Positions 18,801-26,034 of a stretch of DNA of 64,000 bases are shown here, in pieces. Position numbers and translations under genes: made by a program. Position 1 is the stretch's first letter. Every line of letters starts with the position of its first letter. Source of the DNA: an uncultured Gammaproteobacteria bacterium (GTDB taxonomy: Bacteria; Patescibacteriota; Patescibacteriia; Magasanikbacterales; GWA2-37-8); the NCBI GenBank assembly GCA_964510495.1, contig CAZECR010000003.1, positions 550 to 64,549 of the forward strand. The letters run 5' to 3'. The notes beneath the pieces are model-generated. The model was not told the origin of the DNA. It ran no database searches and saw only the letters and a list, made by a program, of their open reading frames with translations.

Positions 18801-19931
18801 GGTTACAGACTATTGTCTTGTACAGAGCAGCCTCAAGATGATTATACTCAGAAAAAAGAAATAAGTGCTCCTGCCTGTGGCGCTGTCTGTGGTGTTCCAA
18901 CAAGTAACTGTGCTAAATGCGGTGTTGATTACACCAAAGGTGTTGGTATTGCTGGAGAACTCATCAACGTGCTTTCACCTACGAGCACCAATCCGCTCCT
19001 TGGTGGTGGTGGAGTAGTGTCAAGTTATGTGGTCGGAAATGTTGCTTATGGGGCTGTGACTGGGGGCAACCCTTCTTCAATGGACGTTTATATCGGCCTT
19101 GATATGGCGCCCAAAAAATTAGTTGCTCATACTGCTTGGGCTGCAGAATCTGATAAGAATTATGTTTTGAAAGATCCGGCTTTTGACGCAACAGCTACGG
19201 GTAATCAGGTCAAACTAAACAGCTACCCACTTTGTTCAACAGGGGACCCACGGTACACACTCCGTTTGAATGGAGATACTACTCACCGTTTCGATTTTCC
19301 AGTTTTTGCAGCTGTGTCTCCGGAACAGTACGATCTAGTCCTCTCGCCAGTCATTAATAATCAAGTTCGTCCAAATGATGTTCGCGTAGTCGTTAGTTGG
19401 GTGCGCGAGGCTGGTTTTTATGGTGGCTTTACTGTGCCTCTGGCAGGCAAAGGCAAGACCGAAGGTGCTACGTTTGCCGGTAAATTATCCAGTGGCCTTA
19501 CCTACTACAATGCCCCACGCATTAATGGTATCGGTTATCATGGTTTTGGTACCACTAAAAACAGCACAAACGAAGAAGCTTTCTTCGTAAATACAGATGC
19601 TAAACCGTATAATGGTACAACGGTTACTTCTGAAATGACTAATGACCAGTATGCATTTTATGTGCGCACAAGTGGTGAGAGTATTGCCAGATACAAAACA
19701 ACTGCTAAACTGCGCGTTGATGTATACTTCCCAGAAAATGATTCTGCCAATAATCATTTTGCTACCCCGGCAATGACTTTCTATATGAACAGTGCTTCGC
19801 CATCGGATAATCCAAATGCTAACTATTGGCACGTCTTTAATATCAAGCGAGCCACTGTACCGACTCCAGATCCGGTTACCAGCCGTATAATCCCGGTTAA
19901 TAAAATAGTTACTGAAAGTAAATTCTTTTAA
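9801..19931 (+). CDS. Giant (3376 aa) cysteine-rich surface protein. N-terminal VirB2/TrbC-like module, four IPT/TIG domains, SbsA-type Ig-like domains, a LamG/concanavalin-A-like domain, and three arrays of CGDGxVxxGExCD cysteine-rich repeats.
   Basis: Single open frame from GTG 9801. The N-terminus YGGFSYMTAGGDDEKVGSAKKIL is paralogous to the upstream gene. IPT/TIG-like segments GLSPNSGAPGTFVTVSGKYFG, ICALNPAVGKSGSAIALIGKNFG, TISTTSGARGEYITISGRNFG (about 11110-12200). LamG-like segment WWRFDE...LKVYDRVLTSSEV (about 17820-18470). Confidence 0.8.
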   Translation: MQRLALKKILFTVCFTLVVTLGSLTALWVVHAATPALDVGLNGDVAATTGLATTDVRLVVARIIRTVLGLLGIIALVIVLYGGFSYMTAGGDDEKVGSAKKILVNGGIGLLIILSSYAITSFVISRLVSATTGVDNGQNCTGPNCTDGSGGSGTGFNASGNAFYVSSLPSNGNLCIRNVHPSVVFSKEVDIATLSGNVVVSAVGGSAVSGKWEYGTKKAVVFFVPVGDCAPSTGQDCLLPKTSYTITFQNPSAIKSADGTQSLNCSIKGGCGPVTFTTGEGVDRLPPQITITEPLANASFQAGVAIPVTVSYTDDNGIQNVSVYQGAAVVGSKSVNGCQKTGSVELSWVTGGLDAGAYTLQALGTDWSGGQDTKNIAVNLKPNHCFNNQLEADLGEKQVGPTACGGECGSCAGESCTANADCGSGFCQVPAGGGAGVCIQRTTVNGLSPNSGAPGTFVTVSGKYFGSTGRIYFAAVANPNITKETDWVEAKAVSCGAGFNSWSSSQIIVEVPANAVPGPVAVFSGAATLKAAATANTSLFDTTRDAWGPLVGDFTVNDEVHPSICALNPAVGKSGSAIALIGKNFGLLSTTANQVTFGTAVAVTRPNDWVDALIKTTVPNLEQGTVTVRVTSNGRQSNAVTFSVQEGASETAPFINTISTTSGARGEYITISGRNFGSKLGAVWFKAAPTSEAILGSFDFPDSCQAAVWRDDQIIVKFPLDKGSVGTSYLLQIKTADDAVSAIDSNTTFALIAGTPNPGICKISPLSGTVPFAAGQVLTLSGEYFGTQPGIYFWKASANTADMSSRALTAATDITSRSNSTISLRPPAGAQTGPVVVVRGEDSKVSNPINFTVGSCVQNNNTCPVSGYTCCSSGADAGSCKPAGELCSQGVRSAGYVWRFSSAAIPVVPHVVERCDAGTDQGRNLPSPSPSIQWDQSANGDSHNVCRTALATVELTALIDQKTVTKDTVIVNKCSGVDEKNNCLNPVRVDLTTDSYGVKTAMTDSGGSPHAFLQVGPATRSWEDNTWYQVALTSGIRSAGSASSTALALAADRPCQIAGSAYCYVFKTDTKNCALKAVVVTPYSYWTKVLESPIKLRTSAGSATELYYRGNGLSNQRCIMMDVSGFNWQWNSENTGYAAMYGSVNAPVSQVSALANTVAIGLTNPDEAINIVAVASTGTASYAGKSPLTIDLSDPGVVDYWPRCLEACTNAEVAVRFNTTMSLRNLPGTIQGGSVQLLKCTDENCLSTQSVVNLNDITLDPTSNYSVLKIANSLTGSQLLEPNTLYKVVVSTASTDPAAATNQLWSAAKLNDPQTSSKPFNQEFTWRFRTKNGQCQVDKAVVNPPEFFGKSIAEKTVYTVQPYAAPDSCSTQGQKLNPWSVSWNWSSADSKVASVTSFSTKGNNPSCTPSCIRKGSDVPATQANVVPVCGNGKVEAGEDCDGPDSAKGCALNCLFAGNTAATCGNGIVEPNLGEACDPKDPKTATGCSLSCRHLGSSVTTDASNTNASICGNSSIGSGEDCDTGITKSVANPLSQLNCSQKCLHTGSRLSKQWCIANALTRGGFSGTEFDAACGLSFSQCGDRVLTPDEDSGCDDPNTGWNSGACTQYCLKKTSTECVPGTEGCDANGRHTGSSLLYSTPSSCGDGTAGTGEDAVCETGLVINHSGLIDPWTLATGVGLGTPKGVPAAQTTFVKAVTNQNNRSVSGSGVFSVACGYQTDLDCKRTFGSDYSVGENTCCYRKPGLISTYPANNAATVCPNTYLEAVFDSKIDENTLTGNVLIARGGNTTCAAGQQDVTNLIARTESYIALPWYKKVLAQAVAAFKNVFLGSDVAALVTPVTNWCVGQDIGVARVAPVVGAPTSTSRISIQINTPLAFTTDYAVILKEGVKDTNGVSIGKLATKNISWHFSTSDKICEVNKVTVNPPEWSFSVANATTTLEAAAFTSNGSKVQPIPGFYDWQYRWGPIDNPYVSLQTTNTTLNVITAQNRNGEIDLRAEANITTNKYTSATGPVATGSSHEIVFLCENPWPPKSIYIDNQGPFTIFPYQDKAGNNDGFDLSGNVFNNSTIPASMAVMDGYFNFGTYYCADNGATGTADDLPYLRPTVQTSGTAISATGALKKFFFTNDKNADAIGIQVFANPKHLSPTDWYSLSKANGGQGFIGSTQSVKVDGYNAITDGNNIYVDALNYSAVTKNIYSTIYLFSINANADASTRKVFEQLLTNLNFNSNISNYGYCGTSVDNPGFQTQCQSDIDCNQGQVCSNSIDKLKRNYDRLHGLNAFQVALASYAAQHDKKYPSMQEGSYLTGQTVSTWPSWATLGNTLGQSAPVDPINRLTAAGTCSVSTNKFCTVNADCGGTETCVLHDPITAWSATDRRFSFACPPASYAYRYAAASAGANYTVRARFENTGLSITNQAAFMADFIDPTKFITDSSNGICNQDQEIASLNTGVCGDGVVNTVRGEQCDPVGQTRYGACNADQNGKIKVDVCDSSCRWKAADTAFVDCSFLSKCGNGAVEVGEKCDDGKLNGRYNHCTTKCTLPTKDDVGFCGDGVVEAKYEVCDIRAMMDDKPGLCVGGVRTGQPCSVSVDCNAVNGVQSSYGGVCKLITEAKIKYAQTKSASCNWDCQSTGPYCGDGIVQSDWGEDCDGATSACTVGDQGGKRSCSTSCKWTDPSAVAWWRFDEASLKDDKMTFSDASGINKGVCDGAKNECPVFTNSGKYNGAFIFSGGNFVTVPHYTSFDVANVTLEAWIKLIPGTAEGWKNILLKQNGLNAMEAEKDYNFSYYNTDKILKLGFSSPGRFGKAEGVLPTGLSAGEWHHVAVTVANSSVHAIKFYVDGKPLADGNISMSDAGVIGLSADRNYPVYLGGNGGVDELKVYDRVLTSSEVAAEAQSPWFCALGGAALAVGDGPRCGDAKVDTGEACDKGAANGQSCNPSYGKTCAYCSNDCKNIIDVQAKTYCGDGVVQGTPFGNEICDMDAVSKSVYVLSASPLTENTFNAAHGGYRLLSCTEQPQDDYTQKKEISAPACGAVCGVPTSNCAKCGVDYTKGVGIAGELINVLSPTSTNPLLGGGGVVSSYVVGNVAYGAVTGGNPSSMDVYIGLDMAPKKLVAHTAWAAESDKNYVLKDPAFDATATGNQVKLNSYPLCSTGDPRYTLRLNGDTTHRFDFPVFAAVSPEQYDLVLSPVINNQVRPNDVRVVVSWVREAGFYGGFTVPLAGKGKTEGATFAGKLSSGLTYYNAPRINGIGYHGFGTTKNSTNEEAFFVNTDAKPYNGTTVTSEMTNDQYAFYVRTSGESIARYKTTAKLRVDVYFPENDSANNHFATPAMTFYMNSASPSDNPNANYWHVFNIKRATVPTPDPVTSRIIPVNKIVTESKFF
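14085..14775 (+). repeat. Array of cysteine-rich repeats, CG(N/D)GxVExGE(D/A)CD, resembling Myxococcus-type Cys-rich repeats, inside the giant gene. Further arrays lie at about 17148-17800 and 18530-18730.
   Basis: Repeated peptides CGNGKVEAGEDCDG, CGNGIVEPNLGEACD, CGDRVLTPDEDSGCDD, CGDGVVNTVRGEQCD, CGNGAVEVGEKCDDG, CGDGIVQSDWGEDCDG, CGDAKVDTGEACDKG. Confidence 0.6.
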
Positions 19932-19943
19932 TTGAGGTCTTGT

Positions 19944-20411
19944 ATGGAAAATCGCAAGAAATTATTTCTAATTAGTGGTATACTAGTGGTGCTTATCGTA
20001 GCGGGCGGCATAATCTGGTTTTTAAGTCGTACCAAAAAGAATGAGGCACTCTTGCCGCAGCCAGGTATTGAAAGCGCAACTACTACAGAAACGATCGATA
20101 CTGTTCCGGCTACTATAGTGATAACTACTACCACTCCTTCGCCTGAGCTCGATGCTTTTCAGGCTCAAGTTGAGCTCTTGGCTGCAACGGATCAAGATTT
20201 AGATGGCCTTTCAGACACGGAAGAAAAAACCTATGGCACGAGTCCTGCAAACTCTGATACAGATGCAGACGGTTTGCTTGATAAAGATGAGATACTGATT
20301 TTTCATACTGATCCATTAAAAGCAGATACCGACGCCGATACTCACCCGGATGGTGAAGAAGTCCGTAACGGCTATAATCCTAGTGGTAGTGGTAAACTAG
20401 AAACACTTTAA
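19944..20411 (+). CDS. Small membrane-anchored protein with EF-hand/TSP3/dockerin-like calcium-binding loops (paralogue 1 of 3)
   Basis: One TM helix, a PT/T-rich linker, then DTDADGLLDKDE and DTDADTHPDGEEVRNGYNPSGSGKL. RBS GAGG 6 nt before ATG 19944. Confidence 0.65.
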   Translation: MENRKKLFLISGILVVLIVAGGIIWFLSRTKKNEALLPQPGIESATTTETIDTVPATIVITTTTPSPELDAFQAQVELLAATDQDLDGLSDTEEKTYGTSPANSDTDADGLLDKDEILIFHTDPLKADTDADTHPDGEEVRNGYNPSGSGKLETL

Positions 20412-20449
20412 TTTTAGACACTTTACCAATTCTTACTAAATTTTTGTTT

Positions 20450-21259
20450 ATGTTTGACGAACCAAACGCTTCAGGCGGACAGCCGCCCCAAAATTTACCT
20501 ATGGAACCGGTAGACATGTTTTCAGGTGTTGATGTGCCACAGGACGCGACCCCAGAACAACAACCTGCTCAAGCGGTAGCCGGAATGACGGGCGGCGCAG
20601 ATGCTTTGTCAGCTGGTGTTTTGAAACGTAAAGCTCCCGATGCACCAAGCGGTGTGACGCAAAGTAATCAATCTGCTTCATTCAGTTATGGCGCTAGTCA
20701 GCCTGGGGCGAACCAGCCACTTGGGTATCCAGCAAAAGAACCTGTGATCGGTAGAATTATTTTATTTGTTTTAACTGGCTTAGTTATTGTGGGGCTCGCG
20801 ATTGGTGGGTGGTGGGTGTATTCTCGTTTTTTCAAAAAAGCTCCCGCTACCACTCCTACGCAAACTGAGCAAACTACGCCAGCCCCTACGACTCCAGAGC
20901 CGACCACACCTGTCGTGACTACTCCTGCGCCTACCGAGGCTACCAGCGGTATCTCCAATGAGATAAAAAATGACACAGTACTCTTTGGTGAGTCAGTAGA
21001 CACAGACCGTGATAGTTTACCTGATACACAGGAGCAACAGCTTGGTACAAGCGCTTCAATTGCCGATACTGATAAAGACGGTCTTAGTGATGGAGAAGAA
21101 GTTTTAGTCTGGAAAACAAATCCGCTTAATCCTGATACAGACGGTGATGGTTATGTAGACGGAGATGAAGTTCGTAATGGATATAACCCACTTGGACCCG
21201 GCAAATTGACTCAGCCTTCTCCAGCCACTACTTCGACCGCTACCACTTCATTAAAATAG
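20450..21259 (+). CDS. Membrane-anchored protein with a PT-rich linker and EF-hand/TSP3-like calcium-binding loops (paralogue 2 of 3)
   Basis: Cytoplasmic N-tail, TM helix IILFVLTGLVIVGLAIGGWWVY, TTPAPTTPEPTTP linker, then DTDRDSLPDTQE, DTDKDGLSDGEE, DTDGDGYVDGDEVRNGYNPLGPGKL. Confidence 0.65.
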   Translation: MFDEPNASGGQPPQNLPMEPVDMFSGVDVPQDATPEQQPAQAVAGMTGGADALSAGVLKRKAPDAPSGVTQSNQSASFSYGASQPGANQPLGYPAKEPVIGRIILFVLTGLVIVGLAIGGWWVYSRFFKKAPATTPTQTEQTTPAPTTPEPTTPVVTTPAPTEATSGISNEIKNDTVLFGESVDTDRDSLPDTQEQQLGTSASIADTDKDGLSDGEEVLVWKTNPLNPDTDGDGYVDGDEVRNGYNPLGPGKLTQPSPATTSTATTSLK

Positions 21260-21295
21260 TGCGCTTTGCGCTCCTCGCCAGTTTGGCATTTACCT

Positions 21296-22453
21296 ATGTT
21301 TGGTCATAAGAAAGCTACTCCCACCAATACAACCAACGAACCGGTTGTCGCCGCTATTCATGTGATACCGACGGATTTTTATGGCGGCATGAATCCCGTG
21401 GTAACCTTTAAGGACGTCAGCCGTGAGGTTGTTCTTAATCGTGGAGCAGTAGTTTCACCGGCCGATAAGAAATTACTCGACAAACAAACAGCTGTAGGAA
21501 GTGGTGAGGTCCTCCACCCAGCCAATCTTTTGGCAAACCCAAAATTCCTAGCGCTTGCAGCGTTAGGCCTTTTTGTTGTCATTGGTGGGGGGGTTACCTT
21601 ATATTACGTACTCACTTCAAAGCCGGAAACTCCGGTGGTGCCGATTGTTACTACCCCTATACCTACAGATACCGCTCCAATTGTAGAAGCACCGACGACG
21701 CCGCTCATAACCCCTTCGAGCACTGAGCCAGTGGTTACAACTCCGGTATCGCTTGCCGATCAGCCACTTACATTTCCTTCGGTTTTATTAGGCGATAGTG
21801 TAGACACCGATAAAGATGAGTTAACGGATCGCGAAGAAGAACTTTTTGCAACTGATCTCAACATTCCTGATACAGATAGTGACACGTACAGTGATAGTCA
21901 TGAGCTGTTTTATTTGTATAATCCAGCTGGAAAGGAACCTCAAAAATTACTTGATTCAGGCTTAGTTAAGCAATACACTAATCCTAGTTTTGGATATACG
22001 CTCTACTATCCGATCAGTTGGGCGCTGGGAGATGTAGATGGAACTAGTCGTGATATGCTATTTAGTACGCTTACCGGAGAAAATATTGAAGTACGCGTCT
22101 TTGATAAAGAAGCCACCGAAGATTTTGCGACTTGGTTCCAAAAGCGTGCACCTGATCAAAAATATAGTGATGTTCAAAATTTTGATACCTATTTCGATGG
22201 CAAAGGATATCGCCGTCAAGATTGGTTAGTATATTATTTCCCTACAGCCAACCATGTATATGTCTTGGTGTATCACACAACTGATTCTAATATTATAAAT
22301 TATCGTACCGTACTTAAAGTTATGGCCCGCAGTTTTGTAACGGGAGAGGCGACAGCTTCAGCGGGCACTATAACGCCTATTTTCACTACCGAAACAACTT
22401 CTACGCTCACTACTCCCCAAACAACTACTGGTACTACAACACCAAATCTTTAA
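21296..22453 (+). CDS. Membrane-anchored protein with PT-rich linker, EF-hand/TSP3-like loops and an extra ~200-aa C-terminal domain (paralogue 3 of 3)
   Basis: TM helix FLALAALGLFVVIGGGVTLYYVL, PT linker, DTDKDELTDREE and DTDSDTYSDSHE loops, then a C-terminal domain of unknown fold ending in a T-rich tail. Confidence 0.65.
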   Translation: MFGHKKATPTNTTNEPVVAAIHVIPTDFYGGMNPVVTFKDVSREVVLNRGAVVSPADKKLLDKQTAVGSGEVLHPANLLANPKFLALAALGLFVVIGGGVTLYYVLTSKPETPVVPIVTTPIPTDTAPIVEAPTTPLITPSSTEPVVTTPVSLADQPLTFPSVLLGDSVDTDKDELTDREEELFATDLNIPDTDSDTYSDSHELFYLYNPAGKEPQKLLDSGLVKQYTNPSFGYTLYYPISWALGDVDGTSRDMLFSTLTGENIEVRVFDKEATEDFATWFQKRAPDQKYSDVQNFDTYFDGKGYRRQDWLVYYFPTANHVYVLVYHTTDSNIINYRTVLKVMARSFVTGEATASAGTITPIFTTETTSTLTTPQTTTGTTTPNL

Positions 22454-22462
22454 GTTTTTTGT

Positions 22463-22900
22463 ATGATGCATGTTGATGTGAATATTCTGGTTACCTGTCC
22501 TTTTTCTGAAGCAGAAATTAAAAGAGTGGTAATTGTTGCTCAGGGTTTTGAGAAAAAAATTAAGTCTGCAGTTGAAATAAATATTGTTAGTAATAAAATT
22601 ATTCAAGATTTAAATCGACGATATCGAGGGTTAAATAAACCAACGGATGTTTTGTCGTTTTCCTGGCAAGAAGATGCTTCAGTCCCGGCCGAGTCACTTG
22701 GTCAGGTATATGTAGCGTACCCATACATTGTTCAGCAAGCCAAGCGATTTGGAGTTACCCCTAAAGCAGAGTTTTATCGCATGCTGTCACACGGACTCTT
22801 GCATTTAACCGGCCACGATCATCTAGAGGAATCTGCGGCTAAGAAAATGTTTGCTCTACAGGAAAAAATTGTTGCAGCACTAGAGAGTTCTAAAAAGTAG
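22463..22900 (+). CDS. ybeY: Endoribonuclease YbeY (rRNA maturation factor)
   Basis: HGLLHLTGHDH zinc-binding motif; size 145 aa. Confidence 0.85.
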   Translation: MMHVDVNILVTCPFSEAEIKRVVIVAQGFEKKIKSAVEINIVSNKIIQDLNRRYRGLNKPTDVLSFSWQEDASVPAESLGQVYVAYPYIVQQAKRFGVTPKAEFYRMLSHGLLHLTGHDHLEESAAKKMFALQEKIVAALESSKK

Positions 22901-22904
22901 TTGT

Positions 22905-23270
22905 ATGGATATTCAGCGTTTAGGAAGCAGTATTAAAGAAGCCCTTCGGGGACTCGGCACCGTCTATCGGTCGGAGCAAAATTTTCGTTTACAAATCTAT
23001 GTAAGTATCTTGGTGTTTATTGCCGCAGGACTTTTAAGATTGCGAGGGTATGAGGTTGTCGTCATTATCCTGCTTATCGGGCTTGTACTCATTATGGAAC
23101 TGTTAAATACTGCTTTTGAGTACTGCGCAGACCTCTTAAAACCCCGTTTGAATCATTATGTTCAGCTTATCAAAGAAACCATGGCCGCCGCTGTTTTAGT
23201 CACAACTTTGGTGGCTGCAGCCATTGGACTGATAATTTTTGTTCCACACTTTCTTGCTTTGTTAAAATAG
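22905..23270 (+). CDS. dgkA: Diacylglycerol/undecaprenol kinase family protein
   Basis: ELLNTAFEYCADL matches the prokaryotic DAGK motif; three TM helices. The ybeY-dgkA pairing is typical. Confidence 0.75.
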   Translation: MDIQRLGSSIKEALRGLGTVYRSEQNFRLQIYVSILVFIAAGLLRLRGYEVVVIILLIGLVLIMELLNTAFEYCADLLKPRLNHYVQLIKETMAAAVLVTTLVAAAIGLIIFVPHFLALLK

Positions 23271-23309
23271 TGTATACTACCCGTCTGTAACGTAACCTCT
23301 GCCGCTTTT

Positions 23310-24590
23310 ATGAAAAAAGGAATGGATAATTATATCGTCGGACTTGATGTTGGGTCGGCCACGACGCGCATGGCCGTAGCTACTTTTGGTAGTCGAGGGC
23401 CCGATGAAACGCCCGAATTGCAGATTTTGGCTGCTGCAGAGACCCCAAGCCAGGGAATTCATAAAGGAGTTATCAACAGTATTGAAGATGTTGTTTCGTC
23501 CATCTCAGCATGTCTAGAAAAAACAGAACGTATGGCCGGAGTGCCTATTGAGACCGTCTGGCTCGGCATTTCTGGTTCACATATTTTATCTCAAACCAGT
23601 AAGGGTGTTGTCGCTGTTTCCAAAGCCGATAACGAAATCAGCGAAGAAGATGTACTGCGAGCAATCGATGCTTCGCGTACGATTGCAACGCCGCTCAACT
23701 ATGAAGTCTTGCATGTCTTGCCGAAAATGTTCAGTATTGATGGTCAGGGTGGCATCAAAGACCCGATCGGCATGACTGGTATTCGCCTTGAAGTAGATAC
23801 TCAGATTATTCTTGGTTCATCAGGTCAAATTAAAAATTTTACTAAAGCGGTGTATCGTACAGGTCTTGAAATCGAAGACTTAGTTTTATCTATCCTCGCT
23901 ACTGCCGAAGCGGTAGCTACACCTCGCCAGAAAGAACTGGGTGTTATTGTCGTCAACATTGGAGCTTCAACGACCAGCCTGGCTGTCTTTGAAGAAGGGG
24001 ATATTGTCCACACAACTGTTTTACCTATCGGCTCTGAACATATTACAAATGATATTGCTATTGGTCTTCGAACCTCAATTGATATCGCTGAAGCTGTCAA
24101 GCTCGCATATGGTGATTGCCTAACAGAGTCAGCAGGGAAGCGAGACGAAATTGATCTTTATGAAGTTGGGGCGCCTGATCACGAAATAGTGAAAAAACAG
24201 TATCTGACGGAAATTATTCAAGCTCGCGTGGAGGAAATTTTTCGTAAGATTAATCAAGAGCTTAACCGTGTGCAACGAACAGGACTTTTGCCGGCTGGCG
24301 TCATTTTTACTGGCGGCGGCGCTAAGCTTCCGGGCTTGGTTGAGTTGGCAAAAAAAACCTTACGCCTTCCAGCTACGCTTGGATTCCCTTTGAGCATGAT
24401 GAGTATTACTGATAAAGTTAATGATCTTGGTTTTGCGACCGTTGTCGGTCTCCTTAAATGGGGTAGTACTATGAAGTTTGGTAACGGTGGATCGAACTAT
24501 GAAGGCGGCGGTTCATTTGGCGGCGGTATTAAGCGCGTTAATCAGGTTTCGAGCCAGCTCAAAAAATGGATGAAAGCCTTGATACCTTAG
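23310..24590 (+). CDS. ftsA: Cell division protein FtsA
   Basis: Actin-like ATPase; IVGLDVGSATTRMAV motif and an FtsA-type C-terminus. An alternative ATG is at 23322. Confidence 0.9.
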   Translation: MKKGMDNYIVGLDVGSATTRMAVATFGSRGPDETPELQILAAAETPSQGIHKGVINSIEDVVSSISACLEKTERMAGVPIETVWLGISGSHILSQTSKGVVAVSKADNEISEEDVLRAIDASRTIATPLNYEVLHVLPKMFSIDGQGGIKDPIGMTGIRLEVDTQIILGSSGQIKNFTKAVYRTGLEIEDLVLSILATAEAVATPRQKELGVIVVNIGASTTSLAVFEEGDIVHTTVLPIGSEHITNDIAIGLRTSIDIAEAVKLAYGDCLTESAGKRDEIDLYEVGAPDHEIVKKQYLTEIIQARVEEIFRKINQELNRVQRTGLLPAGVIFTGGGAKLPGLVELAKKTLRLPATLGFPLSMMSITDKVNDLGFATVVGLLKWGSTMKFGNGGSNYEGGGSFGGGIKRVNQVSSQLKKWMKALIP

Positions 24591-24622
24591 TTTTAAGCCC
24601 TATTTGCGGGCTTAAAATTATC

Positions 24623-24651
24623 TTGACACTCCGGTACCGACAATATACTAT
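24623..24651 (+). promoter_or_regulatory. Candidate promoter between ftsA and ftsZ: TTGACA then TATACT (15-nt spacer) or TACTAT (17-nt spacer)
   Basis: Read from the sequence. About 100 nt of leader precedes ftsZ. Confidence 0.4.
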
Positions 24652-24753
24652 ACTAGCGAGGAAATCTTCGCTTATTTTATTTAAAGCAAGCTTGAATACA
24701 TTATGTATTCACTGGTATTTTCCTGCATAATCACATCTTAAATTCTTACTACT

Positions 24754-25977
24754 ATGCCCCAAGTTAAACCTGATATTGAAACTATTGCTAAAATTAAAGT
24801 AGTGGGCGTAGGCGGCTCCGGCGGCTCTGTTTTAACGCGCATGATGAATGGAAAAAATCGTGGCATTGATTTTATCGCGCTCAACACCGATGTGCAAGCC
24901 TTGCACCATAATCCTGCTCCGTACAAATTACATATTGGAAAAAGCGTGACTCGCGGTCTTGGTGCTGGTATGGATCCAGAAGTCGGCCGTAAAGCAGCGG
25001 AAGAATCAATCAACGAAATTCGCGACATGCTGAAAGATAGTGATATGGTTTTCATCACCTGTGGCCTCGGTGGGGGTACAGGAACAGGAGCAGCTCCAGT
25101 AGTAGCTGAAGTGGCCAAAGAGCTCGGCGCGCTTACCGTAGCAGTTGTTACCAAACCATTTAATTTTGAAGGTCCACAGCGTAATGACATCGCTCAAAAA
25201 GGTTGGGAACAACTTTCTAAAAATGTTGACGCTATCATCACGATTCCTAACGATCGTATTCTCCAAGTCATTGATAAAAAAACAACTCTCCTTGATGCTT
25301 TCAAAATTGCTGATGAAGTCTTGCAGCATGGGGTACAAGGAATTTCTGAATTGATTACTGTTCCTGGCCTTATTAACGTCGATTTTGCGGATGTTAAAAC
25401 CATTATGCGTGACACGGGGTCAGCCTTGATGGGTATCGGTACGGCAAGCGGTGAAAATCGCGCTATCGAAGCCGCCAAGCAAGCTATCTCGAGTCCACTA
25501 CTCGAACTCTCGATTGATGGAGCACACGGCATCCTCTTCACCATTAGTGGCGGATCTGACCTGACTATGACTGAAGTGAGCGAGGCAGCTAAAATAATTA
25601 CTAATTCGGCAGCAGACGATGCTAAAGTTATTTTTGGTGCTATTATTGATGAAACAATGTCAGGGGCAATGCGCGTTACGGTAGTCGCAACGGGTTTTGA
25701 TGATCGTCGTCCTAATGCTATAATTAAAGAAGAAGAATCATCGAATTCACTTTTTGCCGGTGGCAAATATATTCCTAGCAATTTTTTGCGCAAGACGCAG
25801 CGTGAAAACGACGAGGAAGAAAAGAAATTTAAACAATTTACTCAAAAGCCAAATCCTATTTTCTCTCCACTTTCAAACTCGGGACCGCTTACTTCAAGTA
25901 AAGAAGAAAAAAATAAAGATTCCGAAGACGATAAGCTGGAAATCCCAGCCTTTATCAGAAAAAAAATGGGTGTGTAA
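24754..25977 (+). CDS. ftsZ: Cell division GTPase FtsZ
   Basis: GGGTGTG tubulin signature, NTDVQAL, and a C-terminal conserved peptide DDKLEIPAFIRKK. Confidence 0.95.
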   Translation: MPQVKPDIETIAKIKVVGVGGSGGSVLTRMMNGKNRGIDFIALNTDVQALHHNPAPYKLHIGKSVTRGLGAGMDPEVGRKAAEESINEIRDMLKDSDMVFITCGLGGGTGTGAAPVVAEVAKELGALTVAVVTKPFNFEGPQRNDIAQKGWEQLSKNVDAIITIPNDRILQVIDKKTTLLDAFKIADEVLQHGVQGISELITVPGLINVDFADVKTIMRDTGSALMGIGTASGENRAIEAAKQAISSPLLELSIDGAHGILFTISGGSDLTMTEVSEAAKIITNSAADDAKVIFGAIIDETMSGAMRVTVVATGFDDRRPNAIIKEEESSNSLFAGGKYIPSNFLRKTQRENDEEEKKFKQFTQKPNPIFSPLSNSGPLTSSKEEKNKDSEDDKLEIPAFIRKKMGV

Positions 25978-26034
25978 AAATCTTTCTTGCCTTCCTGCCT
26001 GCGCGGGAATGACACTATTAGTTTAGATGTACTT

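Noticed and set aside
25978-26034. Possible NrdR box (gacactattagtttagatgtac) upstream of nrdR
   Set aside because: It matches the acaCwAtATaTwGtgt consensus only partially, and no nrd genes lie in this window. Insufficient evidence.
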